From the NCBI GenBank assembly GCA_976226885.1, contig CDNGLT010000002.1:1426001-1490000 (forward strand): a stretch of DNA of 64,000 nt, read 5' to 3'. This document shows, in pieces, positions 33,453 to 46,449 of this stretch. The notes below the pieces were generated by a model, which saw nothing but the letters and a program-made list of their open reading frames with translations, was not told where the DNA came from and searched no databases. The position numbers were made by a program, and so were the translations under genes. Source of the DNA: Iphione sp. A-MEVVRFRX5. Its lineage: Eukaryota. Numbering within the stretch: the first letter of the stretch is position 1; each line of letters begins with the position of its first letter.

Positions 33453-36400
33453 TTCAAGATTCAAGATTCAAGATTCAAGAATTTTATTTCCTTCTCCAAC
33501 GTACAAGTTCGGAGCTACCCTTGGAAATATTTTAGTGCAGCATTAAAAAACAACAGTGCTACATAAATCAAATACAGAAGATTACAAAATATAATCAAGG
33601 TACAAGATATTAGCAATACAGTTGACAATACAATATAAATGCAAGATGAGAAGATTATTGAGATTTCAAGGGATACAGTATACAAGCAGATCGTTAATTA
33701 TATTAGTAAGCAAAGAGATAATACAGCAGTGCAAATCAATGATATATACATGAGCCAAGTACAGTTTCGATGTTCAGATCAATGTATAGTAGATATAAGT
33801 ATAGGTAATGCGCAGTATAAAGAGAGATCACATTAGATTATAAAGTGGAAAGTCTACTTGTTACTTTTTTAAAGCACCTAGAAGAATCAAGTCGAGTCAA
33901 GTATCACAGTATGTAGGAGCAGCACCACTCATGAGACAAAAACATAAGTATGACACCTAAACACACAAGTGCAGCTGGAAATCAAACTGGTAGGCAGTGA
34001 AAACATAGTACAAAAATTATAGAAGTACAGGTTGATTATGTATATTGACATAAACATCATGGCTCTGTGAAGTATATCACAAGTTATCACTTGCACAACT
34101 ATACAGTTTTAAATATCACATTACATCAATCAGAGAAACAAGAGGAGAACTGTACATGAGTATCCAACAACAAATCAGTGCTGATATCTGTATACACAAG
34201 AACAGGGTCACAGCAGATACAAAGGCACATCAATAGGCTCCTCAAGTAGGTACCCAATAGTAGTACTAGGCCTTCATAGATAGAGAGTTCCAACGTAGTA
34301 CACCTCGGTAACGCAGTGACCGTTCAAACAGAGCAGAGGAGGGCCTAGGTAGCACACCCAGCGCATAGGAGCCACCTCTTGTCTTAGTCATCTTTGCTAC
34401 GGGAAGTAGACCGAGTTTCATCAGCTTGCCTACACAGACATTCCCCCTCATACCAAGCAGGGTATCCACTCTGGGGATGTCAAAGCGCTCACACAGTATT
34501 CTACTCGGGAGGAACTGAGCCGTTTGGAAACAGACCCGGGCACACTTGTTCAAGAATGTTTGTAGACGTACTCTTTGAGACGAGGTCAGGCCAAACAGGG
34601 TTATTGCATGGTAGTTCAGGTGCGATAGAACTATTGAGGAGAAGAGTAGTTTTCTGGCTGAGACAGGCAGCAGGTATTTCACTCTCCCAATACTCAAGGC
34701 AGCTGGCCACATCTTGCTTTTAACATGTGCGAGTGCTAAGTTTGGTTTTAGCGAGGAATCTACAACATAGCCTAAGATTTTGGTGGATGTTTCCCTCTTC
34801 AGGTCCCCATCATTGAGTCTTAGGTCAAGATCATACCCACTGGTCCTGCCAACGGAAACATAGGAGCATTTACCAGTACTAAGAGTGAAACCGGAATGCG
34901 AAAACCAGTTAGAGACATCTTTGAGAATCCTAGAGGCTAGCTCTCTCAGCATAAGCAAATTTTTGCTGTAGACTGCTATGGTCAGATCATCCGCATATAA
35001 TACCGGATAACAGGAGTCCGGCATCACAGACATGACATCATCGATAGCCACACAGAATGCACTTGGCCCCATGATGGAGCCTTGAGGAACTCCATGCGAC
35101 AGGGGCAGAACGCCAGATCTCACACCATTGCATGCAACACGTTGAGAACGATTGCTCAACTCCAAAGAAAATCTAATGTGTGCTGCCCAATACCTCTTAA
35201 GGAAAGGTCATGTATGAGTTTAGCGTGACAGACAACGTCAAAAGCCATTTTCAAATCAAACAGAAGAATACAGATATGCATACCCTCATTAAATTTCTCG
35301 AACACATCACACATCAATGCAGAATAAGCTGTTTCGGTTGACCTTCCCTTACGGAAACCATGTTGGTGATTAGATAAACCGCTGTTTCGTTCAAGCCATC
35401 GCACTATCTTAGAGGTGAACCAAGATTCAAAGATTTTCGCGGGTAGGGGTAGGATGGAAACTGGCCGGTAGTTTTCAAGAGAGTTGGGGTCACCTTTTTT
35501 GTAAACCGGTGTAACGGTCCCTGTTTTCCAGGTAGCAGGGAAAATACCAGAAAGCACTGACTGGAAGAAAATCCAAGTTAGAAAGACATGACAGTTCATA
35601 AGCAGTGGTTTGAGGATGACCGTAGGGATACCTTGCACCCCCGAGGATTTGGACAGAGACTGCTTACTAATGATGGGCAGGATCTCTGATGGGGTAGGTG
35701 GAGGTAGTTCAAAGCCCACACCCTCCGAGTCAGAAGGAGGCAGAGCGGGAGTGGGGAGCCCCTTGGTCAGTTCGTGTACTCTTCCCACAAAGTGCTCATT
35801 AAACAAGGTGGACAAAGTACTAGTGCCCGAGTCAGGAGCTGTGGGCAGCTTATTACTTCGTGCCTTCCTACCCATAACCTCATTGAGAATCCTCCAGCTA
35901 GCCCTAGAGTCCCCTTGCACACCCGACAGTCGTTTACTCCAGTACTCTCTTCTTTCAATTTTAATGGCAGCACGAACCCTTTTATTTAAGTATTTGAATA
36001 TTCTCCTACAATCCTCATTACCCTCCCTTTTCCAATGCCGAAAGAAGTGCTTTCTGTCTGCAATTAAGTTCAAGAGACCCTTACTCGGAGAAAAACCACC
36101 CACATCCTTCTTGACAACAATCTCCTTAGAGGGGCAGGTGTCATCCAAGTAAGTCCTAACCGTTGTCTCAAAGACGTCCCACCTCCTTTCAAAATTTCCT
36201 TCCATAGTTAGACAGTTCTGAGTAGAGAGCAGATCAGTTAGCACGTTAACATCCGCCTTCGACCAATCCCTGACATGTCGAGACACCCTTGTAAATTTAC
36301 CAGCACCCTTCTTTAACGTTACAACCGCAGGGAGATGATCGCTAAGGAACTCATCCAGAACAATACCTTCAGTATGAGCAGTAAGGTCAACCCAGATATG

Positions 36401-37712
36401 ATCAAGGCAGTTATTACTGTTGATCATAGTGGCCTCATGAACTACTTGATGGAAGTTATTGCTGCAAAGGAGACCAGTAACAGCAGCCCCAATCCTTGAA
36501 TGTTGGGGGTAATGATAGTTGAAGTCCCCCAGCACCACACGATCAGAGCCCTTTGAAGAAAAGAAGTTGGAACAGGCATCAGTGAGAGTCTCAACTAGCT
36601 CCTTGGTCGCGGCATCAGGAGGTCTGTAAATACCAAGCAGTTCAAGCGGTCTGCGGGCACCAGCCTTAACCCTGACACCCAAGGATTCAACACTCGGGAT
36701 CCCTTCCCCATTACAGGAAACATTGCTGATCAAATAAGTGTCTCTTATGTACATTAACAGGCCCCCACCAAGAGATTTGGAATCACTCACTCTATCGGAT
36801 CGTATAAAGTTGTAACCGTCTATATCAAGCACAGAATCAGCTATAGTGTCACTCAGCCATGTCTCCGTAATAAGGCAAATGTCAACTTTATGTGAGTAGA
36901 AAATACGACGAAGATCAGGCATCTTTTTTACAATACTACGGATATTAAAATACATTATCTTAAGCCCAGGCGCCATATTACAGTGTATGTATCAAGGGAA
37001 GGGAATAAAGCTCACAAAATATGGCAGATGAACCAGACTATCACAATTGACACAAGCAAAAATTGTGTTAGTAATCTGGGATAATATTACACAGATAGGA
37101 TTACAACAGCAAGGCAGTAGATACAATGTGATAAAAAAGAGAGAATCCAGTTGCAAAGAGACAAGTAAGCAATCCAAGAGGCCAATATAGCTGCCTGGTG
37201 ACCTCTTCACAATGCGGCCAGAGTAGTAGGATTCCTTTTCTAGGGGTAACAGAACATTTGTGTAAAAATAATATGAGTCTTCAATAACACCTACATGAGT
37301 CGTGAGCATGTTAAGGCATCAGACATTACCTCGAGTAAATACGTAGAATTTTATCTTCATAATGCAAAAACATCTGCCGCTTGCACCAGTCAATTACTAA
37401 CTGCTAGGGGAGCAGAACAGCTAAATTGTTGATATAACATATAGAAGCCCCCAAAAAGTAGCCTTGAATGGTCTTGGATAACCAGGTATACACTACAAGA
37501 CAGTGAAGTCACAGTAAGTAATAGATAACAGTCCAATCAGGTGTAGAGAAAAACAGCAACGTAATCAGGATAGCATACGTAAGGGCTGAATAGCCAAGAC
37601 ACAGATCAGTCTAAAGGCTTCCGAGTAAAAACGAGAAAGCAGGAGCCATATTATGATCCAGATCTGCAATAGTTAGCTAATTGAGTACTAATGAAAATAA
37701 CCTGTAATGACA
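33453..37712 (-). mobile_element. CR1/L2-group non-LTR retrotransposon inserted in gag of A
   Basis: APE+RT ORF2, ~810-bp 3' UTR, AATAAA (33488-33483) then (TCTTGAA)4 tail; splits gag between WKEHCYRA and TFLPRT (B: WMNECFEKVKTFCPRT). No clear TSD. Confidence 0.9.
34266..36976 (-). pseudogene. LINE ORF2 (AP endonuclease + reverse transcriptase), one frameshift at ~35160
   Basis: FNIRS..ITETWL..GGG..GIYRPP..GDFN..CLDHI..SDH; NYRPVS..QHGFR..DLKMAFD; GVPQGS..YADD. Confidence 0.93.
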
Positions 37713-37983
37713 ACGCTCGATAACAGTGTTCCTTCCAACCATCCCGTGGTGCAGCACCCTGTTCTCCCTCTTGAGGATTGGGATTCTCTTCCCCATAGAC
37801 ATCCTTAATGTAGTCCTCATACTGGTGTACCCAGTCTACTAGAGTCAGTCTTTTAGCAAATGCTTCAATCATACCCTCTTCTGCCATGTTTCTTAATGCA
37901 CATTGCCCTTCCCTAGCATTTATAAGGTTAGCACTTACTGGTTGTCGAGTCGGGTAGGATGGTGTATGCTGGGGTGTACGCAT
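37713..37983 (-). pseudogene. gag: gag of A, N-terminal part
   Basis: MAEEGMIEAFAKRLTLVDWVHQYEDYIKDVYG aligns with B MAEGDVVEALAKRL..DWVHRYEEYMKAIYG. Confidence 0.82.
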
Positions 37984-38079
37984 TGACGGCTGTCGTGATG
38001 GGCCAGATGTGGCTGCTTTTAAAGGGCCTGGACTCTATGCTAATGTGGGAGGGAATCAATCAGACCTTTTGACAAAGGT

Positions 38080-38790
38080 AGACCTTTTGTCAAAGGTACC
38101 TTTCCCCAAAGGTACCTTCCTGTGAAGGTATTGATCTAAAGTATTGATCCAATGTGGTATGTGGGAGGGGGTGATTCAGACCTTTTGGCAAAGGTACACC
38201 CTTTGTCCAAGGGTAGACCTTCTGCAAAAGGTACCTTTCTGCAAAGGTATGATGTAATATAAAGTATTGATCCAGTGTGGTATGGGGAGGGGAGGTTGGT
38301 AAATCAAACCTTTTGTTAAAGGTCTGGAGGTGGGGACCTTGTGTTAAAGGTAGGTGAGAACCTTTTGCCAAAGGTATAGAGGGACCTTTTGGCAAAGGTA
38401 TAAGGGGGACCTTTTGTCAAAGGTGTAGGGGAACCTTTTGACAAAGGTATGAGGGGAACCTTTTGGAAAAGGTGTGAGGGGGAGACCTTTTGCTAAAGGT
38501 GTAGGGTGGGGACCTTTTGCTAAAGGTAGGAGAGAACCTTTTGCCAAAGGTAAAGAGGGACCTATTGGCAAAGGTATAAGGGGGACCTTTTGTCAAAAGT
38601 GTAGGGGAACCTTTTGACAAAGGTATGAAGGGAACCTTTTGGAAAAGGTGTGAGGGGGAGACCTTTTGCTAAAGGTGTAGGGGTGGGGACCTTTTACTAA
38701 AGGTAGGAGAGAACCTTTTGCCAAAGGTATAGAGGAACCTTTTGGCAAAGGTATGGAGGGAACCTTTCGCTAAAGGTATCAGGGGACCTT
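38080..38790. repeat. Array of ACCTTT-N4-AAAGGT palindromes (24-27 bp monomer, ~176-bp higher-order repeat)
   Basis: aaaggt at 38346, 38370, 38394, 38419, 38443, 38468, 38495, then the 7-monomer block repeats at 38522 and ~38700. Confidence 0.88.
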
Positions 38791-39191
38791 TTGCAGAGAT
38801 GTGGGTTATGATTGAGGCTGGATTTCTCTGATGGGGAAGTTTTGGAGAGTTGATAACTTAACACATCAGAGGGAATCAGCTGCCGGCGACCATCGTTCTC
38901 CCCTCCAGGATCGTCGACGCCTCTTCAACTCTAACCCCGACACCGCCCCGACCAACTACCTCTACACCAAAGGCACCGTCACCCATCTTCCCTGTTGCAT
39001 CCTGACGATCCCTAACCCACCCGGGATCCTCTACTCCAATCCACACCCAGGAGAACAATCAGCATCAACCAGGCTCATCGAGATGGTCATTGACACCACT
39101 GCTTCCTGTCCAGCCAGCAGCTGTGCAGCCAGCACCACCAGTAAATCCAAACCTTGTTAATCTTGTGGGAGAAAGAAACCAACGTAAAAGA

Positions 39192-40292
39192 ATGGCAGAG
39201 GGTGATGTAGTAGAGGCTCTAGCTAAACGGTTAACTGTCATGCCAAAGAGGCCAGGTTTATTCCCTACTGATCCTTATGCAGTGGCAGACTGGGTTCATC
39301 GATATGAGGAGTACATGAAGGCAATATATGGTGAGGAATTAGAAGGTCAGGGTCAGAACCGAAGGCCAGCCTGGATGAATGAGTGTTTTGAGAAGGTGAA
39401 GACCTTTTGCCCCCGGACCATTCATGTGCATGTCGGATGCCATACTACCTGGGATGGGCTAAAGAAGTACCTCCTGAGGGAGAAGGGCCCTCCAACATAG
39501 AAATCAGTGAGAGACTAAGGAACACTAAACAAAGTCATGATGAGACCCCCGGGGAATTTGCAGACAGGCTTATGAGGGTATGTGTAGCAGCAGGACAAGA
39601 CAGTGATGAGAAAGCAGGAAGAATATTCATGGAGAATATCCTACCTGAGTTCAGAGAGGCTATGGATCACAGGGATAGCTCTTCCTTTAACAAGGCTGTC
39701 TCTGATGCCCGGAGATGCTGGCAGCGTCAAGGGGGTTTTCGGAAACGGTTGTCTAAAAAGGGAGGTGATGAAGGATTTGCCAGGGGAAATCATGATCTTT
39801 ACCCTGAAAACCTTAGGGGGAGCAATCCCAGCCACTCCTGCCACTCCAGCCACTCCTTCCAACCCTCCGACTCCTGCAGGTTCAACAACACCTGCCACAG
39901 CACCAGCCCCCACTGAACCCAAGAAAGAGAATCCCCCTGCCAGGGAAAGACCTGACGTAGTATGCCACTACTACAGAAAGAAGGGTCATTATGAGAGGGA
40001 CTGCTACAGTAAAAGGAGGGCCATGGGTGATCCTACTGTACCTCCACCCCGTGGACAGCCTCGAGGAATGCCCTTCCAAGGAGACGTCCAGGGAAGATAC
40101 TACCCCAGGGGACCTACCCCAAACTTTCCTTCTCCATTCCCTGCTCAAAATGCTTATCCCCCCTCACAACAGGGGAACTACAGGTCTAACCCACAAAGTG
40201 GCCAGCTGATGGCCATGAACCACATGATGGATCAAATGAGAAGGGAAATAGATCACTTATCCAGAAGTAAGATGTCAAACTCGGGAAACTAG
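39192..40292 (+). pseudogene. gag: gag of B (frameshifted; degenerate knuckle CHYYRKKGHYERDC)
   Basis: Three overlapping ORFs jointly align with A gag; ends SGN*. Confidence 0.88.
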
Positions 40293-40326
40293 ATGAGACT
40301 CCTAATAAGCCCAAGTATTGGGAGTC
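40283..40326 (+). promoter_or_regulatory. Putative -1 ribosomal frameshift signal, B gag/pol
   Basis: G GGA AAC TAG, 7-nt spacer, stem GACTCCTAAT/ATTGGGAGTC (one G-U); the -1 frame GKLDETPNKPKYWES joins ORF 40355. Confidence 0.8.
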
Positions 40327-43300
40327 TCAGTCTGGTGAACCAAAAAAGGGTTATTTGGATAATTGCCTGTCGGACTATGAACATTTTGATGAATCTGCCT
40401 ATGCCAACAACACTGACTCTGATGAATCTAGCCTGCTCAACTGTGAGCAACATGACATAACTGACAAACCTGATCCCAAGAAGAAAGCCTCCCTTTTAAT
40501 ATTAACCAAGCCCCTGGCACGACAGTCTGAAGAGAAGTTAGGCTGGGTAAAGAGCCTCAGGTATCATACAGTCAAATCACATGCCCTCTGTCCTAGAAAG
40601 TTCTCCCATAAGCAAAGTAAAACCAAGGTGTTGGACAGAAATGATACAGACTATAATGGAATATTTTGATTGTTCACATTGTCTGAACCACTGTATATGC
40701 CTCTCTGAAGTAGATTCGGAAGGTAACACTGTACTGAAATGTGACTGTGCTATTGCAGAGGGTTTATGTATTAATAGTCTTGAATTTCACATCCTCATGT
40801 TAATTCGCTCATCTATCATGAGACATAAGCAGGGTGACTGCAGACCCAATTGTGAGTTTATGGAAACATGTGTTCATGATGAGGTAACTTTCTAGAGTAA
40901 GAGAATCACAAGAAAAACACTTAAACCAAGATGTGGGAGGATTCCAGCGTGTCCTATGGGTGGTGAACATCTCATGCTCCCTGAAGAAATAGAACACCAT
41001 CAGCTGTTTTTGGACTTTAATCTTCTCCCAAAAACCAATGAAATTTTCGGCATTGTCTCAAAATCAGAGACGTACAAGGGGCATGATCAAAATAGGGGTG
41101 TCCTTATGTCTAGAATGAGGGTTATGCCTGATGGCCAGTCAGAGCTGGTTCACCACCCACTGACAGAAGATTGTACCACTGAACTCAAACTAGGGAATGC
41201 CTTATTTAAGGCATTGGTAGATACAGGCGCACAGGGATGTTGCATGAGCAAGAACGCGTTTGATAGGCTGAAAGAGGACAATTTCAAGATGACTGTAACC
41301 TCGTCCAAAGCAGAATATGTCATGGCAAATGGTACTGTCTCTAAATCCTCTAACGTCGCTCACGTCCAAATCCCTATCGATAACTGCCAATACCCTGTTA
41401 TACTCCACGTAGTTGAGGGTCTCTCCTATGACATCATTTTAGGAAGGACATTCCTACATCAATTTTTGATCAATCTTTCTTTCACCCCAAAAGCCCCAAC
41501 TACATTCCCTGTTGCCTTGCCAGAGGATGTTTTGCTTCAACCTGAGTCTGAAACCCTGGTGTGGGCTCAGATTCTGGGGAATGGGGAGTCTTTCGATTCA
41601 CAAGAAGGCTTCTATCAGGACACTCTAGAGGCAACCCCAAGAAAAATAGTCTCCAACAAAGAAGTCCTAGTCTGAGTCCATGATAACAGAATTCCCATAT
41701 CCCTTCTTAACTACTCAACCAAACCCCAAATGCTTAGACAAGGTCTAAGAGTGGGATCTTTCACCAGAGGAATACCTTACAATACCTCCACCCTCACACA
41801 AACCACTGTCCATGTAATCCACACAGCTGCACAAGAAGTTCCAGTCGACCTCTCCAAATCAAATTTCACCCCACAACAGAGAGAAATATGTAAAAACTTG
41901 TTGCAATCCAAAAGGAAAGCCTTCGCTCTTGAAGGGGACATTGGGAAAACTCACCTAACACAACACCGGATTGAACTCATCCCTAACTCTACCCCAACTC
42001 AGGCTCAACCTTTCCGCATGTCACCAATGATGAGAGATGAACTAGAACGTATCGTTTCAGACCAAGAAGACAAAGAGATACTAGAGAAGGCAGGGGATTG
42101 TCCCTGGGCCAGTCCTGCCTTCCTAGTCTCAAAACCTAATGGGAAATTTAGACTAGTGGTTGACTACAGGAACCTAAATTCTCAAACAATCACCCAGATG
42201 TTCACTATTCCCCGAGTAGATGACACTATAGATGCTATAGGTAGCAACAAACCTCAGTACCTCTCTGTGATGGATCTAGAAATGGGGTTTCACCAGATTC
42301 CCATTCATGATGAAGATAGGGACAAGACAAGATTCCCATTCGTGATGAAGATAGGGACAAGATAACATTCTTGACTCCCTGCGGGAAATACAGGTATAAG
42401 ACTGTGCCCATGGGATTGAAGAATTCCCCTGCTTTCTTTCAAAGCATTGTAGACATGGTCCTGTCAGGCCTAAAATACAAAATATGCCTTGCCTATATGG
42501 ATGACATTGTTGTCTTTTCCCCAACATTTGAGAGGCATATGGCTGATCTGGGACAGGTGCTGGACAGGTTGATTGAAGCTGGACTTAAGTTGAAACCCTC
42601 AAAATGTGATTGGTAGAGCTGAAGTGAAATTCTTAGGGCACATAATAATGAAGGGATCAAACCCTCTCCCGACAATGTTGAGAAGATCAAGGACATGAAG
42701 ACGCCTGTGACAGTATGGCAGGTTAGACGGTTCTTGGGGATGACAGGTTACTACAGGAAGTTTATTCCAAATTATGGGGTGAAAGCCAAACCACTATATG
42801 ATTTGACCAGGAAGAACACCAAATTTCTTTGGGGACCTGAGCAGGAGGAGTCCTATCAGATACTCAAAGATGCCCTGACTGATGACCGCTTTCTCCTTTA
42901 CCCTGACTTCACCAAAGAATTCTTTCTCGCCACTGATGCCAGCAACTATGGCATGGGGGCTAGCCTATCTCAGACAGACACTCACGGGAATGTAAGACCG
43001 ATAGCATTTTGGGCAAAGGCCTTCCAGGGGGCGCAACTTAACTATTCAACCACGGACAAGGAGATGGCTGCAGTCTCCCATGCAGTGAAACACTAGCGCG
43101 TGTATCTTGAGGGAGCCAAATTCCGCATCCAAACTGATCACAACCCCTTGGTCCACATCCTTGTCAACAAGTCCCTTGAACATAAAGATGGTAGGGTAAT
43201 TCGTTGGATGGAATTCCTCCAACGCTTTGACTACATAGTCCAACATGTGCCAGGCACCTCCAACTCAGTCCCAGATGCACTTTCTCGACTTGATGTTCCC

Positions 43301-45292
43301 CTTGAGAAAGACCACCTGTATTCTGTCCATCTTACTCGAGCGGTACCCCAGGAAACATCTAACCCCCCTCTCCCCAGAAACGCAGTGGAGTTAACTCCGA
43401 ACCTATCTGTCCCAGATGACAAACCAACAGACCCAATCCTCCTCAAAAAGGGACCCAATAACAGAAAGAGAAGAGAGAGACAGTTTGTTCTCCACTCAGG
43501 AGCTGAAAGGCACCTCAAGTCCTCTCACATCACATTGCCTGAAATCCTGTCTGCCCAGAGACATGATGCCTTCTGGAAGCAAACAGTCATATTCATTAAA
43601 TATGGGAGACTACCTGAGGATGACAAAACAGCTTGTCGAGTTCTACTTAGGGAAGAAGATTACTTTTTGTATGAGGGCATTTTGTTCAAAATGTCTTCCA
43701 CCACAGGCCCAAATGCACACACAAATGTCAGGCTTGTAGTCCCTATCTCCCTCTGAGAGAAATTCCTTCAGCAGAACCATGATGCCCCCCATGCATGACA
43801 TCTTGGACCCGTCAAGATGCTCTCCAAGATGAGGGAGACTCTTTTCTGGAGTGGAATGAGTGAGGATGTACATGATTACTGTGCAACCTGTGTCAAGTGT
43901 TGCCAGACTAAACGCATGACTCGCCCCATCAGGCCTCCGCTGACCCTTAGGCATCCAGCTCCGAGCCCCTGGCATACCATTAACATGGATGCATTAGAAC
44001 GACTCCCGCTCACCTCCAGTGGCAACCGCCACATCATCACCATAGTGGACTACTACAGCAGATTCCTGGTAGCTTGGGCCCAACCTGACCTGAGAGTGGA
44101 CACCCTCATCTCCAAGTTCAAAGAGAACATTGTCTATCGGTTCGGAACTGTTAACACCATAGTGTCAGACAATGGCTCAGCATTTATCTCTGACAGGTTC
44201 ATGAATTACTGCAGGCAGAATGGGATGAAACAGAAGTTTGCTACCGCAGGACACCCCCAGACCTCAGGATTAGTTGAGAGAGCAAATAGGTCACTATTGA
44301 CTATCCTCAGGAATTATGTTAGTAAAAATCAGAATAACTGGGACAGTGGTCGGCCCTCAATCTGCTTTGCATTAAACACAACCAAGGCAGCAAGGACGGG
44401 ACAAAGCCCTTAGCTCCTCCTGAATGGCTACAAACCGCGTTGCCCCGAGATGAATTCCATACCCCTTCTGGATGATGAACCCATGACAGTGCAGGACAGA
44501 TTTGGACAGCACCTGGAGAATCAGCACAAGGCTCACCTGGCCGCTAAAGAATCAGCTGAGAAGTATGCTCTAACCATGAAAGATAAACATGATGAGAATG
44601 TCTATGACCCAGAGTTCAAGAAAGGCAATGTAGTATAGCTATACATGCCCAGGCTCAAAGACTCCTCCCTCAAACTGAAGTTAGCCTGAGTATATCATGG
44701 TCCTTATGCCATAGTAGAATTTCACACCCCCTCGACAGTCTTTTTGAAGTGCCTACAGACAAAGAGACATTTGGCCCGACCAGTAACCATTAGCCGCTTG
44801 AAGAGAACAGGATCGGTGGGACCCACAGTCAACAGAGAAATCCATGAAGAAAATCTTACCCATGAGGATCTGCCCCCTGATAGTTTTGTACCAGACCAAT
44901 CGAATGAAGTAACTAACCGTGCCCCTTTCCCATCAAGAAGGCAACGGCTCCTGCCCAAGGGCCACTTGGCACCTATTCGAGAAGAGGACCCTTCCCTAGG
45001 TCTAATAGGCTATTCACCAGAAACTGAAGCAGACAAACCCATCGAGACCACAGATGCTGGTACTCAAAAAGAAGCCCCAAAACCCCAAGAGGATGATGAG
45101 GATGATGACCTGAGTGTTTGCCTTGATGTACACCTAGAAGCCAACGACAAAGGTACTGAAGACCTCTCTACGGATGATGAAGACCAGAACCCATCAACAC
45201 AGACTCCTACATGCAATGATGATGAGGGTGTTATTTGGTTGATGGCAAGAATGCAGAAAACCTTCCCCCAGCAGCCATCAGCAGCACCATGA
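40289..45292 (+). pseudogene. pol: pol of B: Cys-rich domain, PR, RT, RNase H, IN, acidic extension
   Basis: LVDTGAQG; YMDD; ATDASNYG..TDHNPL; CVKC; SDNG..GLVERAN. Many stops; 35-bp tandem duplication at 42296-42365 frameshifts RT. Confidence 0.93.
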
Positions 45293-46449
45293 GGAAGAGC
45301 CAGTATAAATCCAGTGGTACAGTTAGAAAAGTTCACTATACCTCCTGGGACAAAGAAAATAATTGTGTGGAAAAATCCATATGAGGACCCAGATGGAAGA
45401 CACCCGCTCATCTATCCTGGATTATCAGATGCTCCTGCTCCCTCCGTTAACTCCATTAGCACTAACACTCCCAGGCCCCTCAATCGAGTGAAGGAGAGGC
45501 CTAACCCATGGTGGCGGCCACTGAGATGGAACTCCCTTTTTCGGACCCTCTCCAGGAAAAGCCTGCATAAACCTACCATACAAACCAAAGAGCTCCCATA
45601 GTTAAGCCCCCATAGGCCTCCCAACATGTATGTCTTAGCAGGGACTTCACACACTTGAAAATAGCCAATAAAAACTACTGCTAAATGATTTCATTATGTG
45701 TAAACTTATTTTCTGAGGACAGGTGGAAGGCGAGCATATGAACATATAAGGCACACTTTCATGGCATAAACCAAAATTTGCATGATACATTCAAATCTTA
45801 AGCAAGCGGCAGACACGGGGAAGTGATAAAGCCCCCATATGGTGAACTCACTATTCTCTTTCCATGCCCAGTTGGCCAGAAAGGTTTTGATGATTAGGGT
45901 TAAAATAAATTGAAAACAGGCACATTATAAAAGGATACGAAGTGGCACTGAAAATGCGCACTTCTCGTGCACAAATTGTACACGGTATATATAGATACCT
46001 AGCCCCACCACGGGGAGGCTCCTGCCATACTGTCTCAGTGCCTTGTCATGCCACACCTTGTATGCTCCATCCAACCCTCGTCCTGATACCTAATGCGATT
46101 CCTCTGGAGTCTTAGCCGATCACATGATAGGGCACAATCCTAGTGGAGAGGACATGGAGACTAGCTTCCTCTATGCATTCCCTCCATTGCATTATCCTTT
46201 CTCCATCGCTACTATGTATGATGGTCAGGAATCAAAGGGAGCCCTGATACCGCAGCCTACAGGCCTTATAAGTCGGTATGAGAGCTCACGTCCTAACTAA
46301 ATACACATCATCTGCATATGCGGAGACCCCTCACTGGTCACCAGCATACAGTTCATCCAATCTATATTATGTGAAGCCCCTGCCTCCCTCCCTCGACATT
46401 GTATCCATCATAGCCACCATGTTTTTTCCCTTTCTCTACTCTACAGATA

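Larger units (their letters stand above)
1..38850 (-). mobile_element. Element A: giant env-bearing Ty3/gypsy-type retroelement, decayed, with three nested insertions; runs off left edge
   Basis: Minus-strand order gag (37.98-37.71 kb, 33.45-32.59 kb), PR/RT (DTG, YMDD), RNase H, integrase (HHCC, D-D-E, GPY), accessory ORFs, env. Collinear with element B (68/80 identical aa in one RT block, counted by eye). No LTR found; right boundary estimated from the switch in strand composition at ~38.85 kb. Confidence 0.88.

Noticed and set aside
36992-37309. LINE ORF1
   Set aside because: Hydrophobic low-information translation with no PHD, RRM, esterase or knuckle motif.
38080-38790. Palindromic repeats with spacers resembling a CRISPR array
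   Set aside because: Spacers are ~8-11 nt, G-rich and themselves repeated in a higher-order block.
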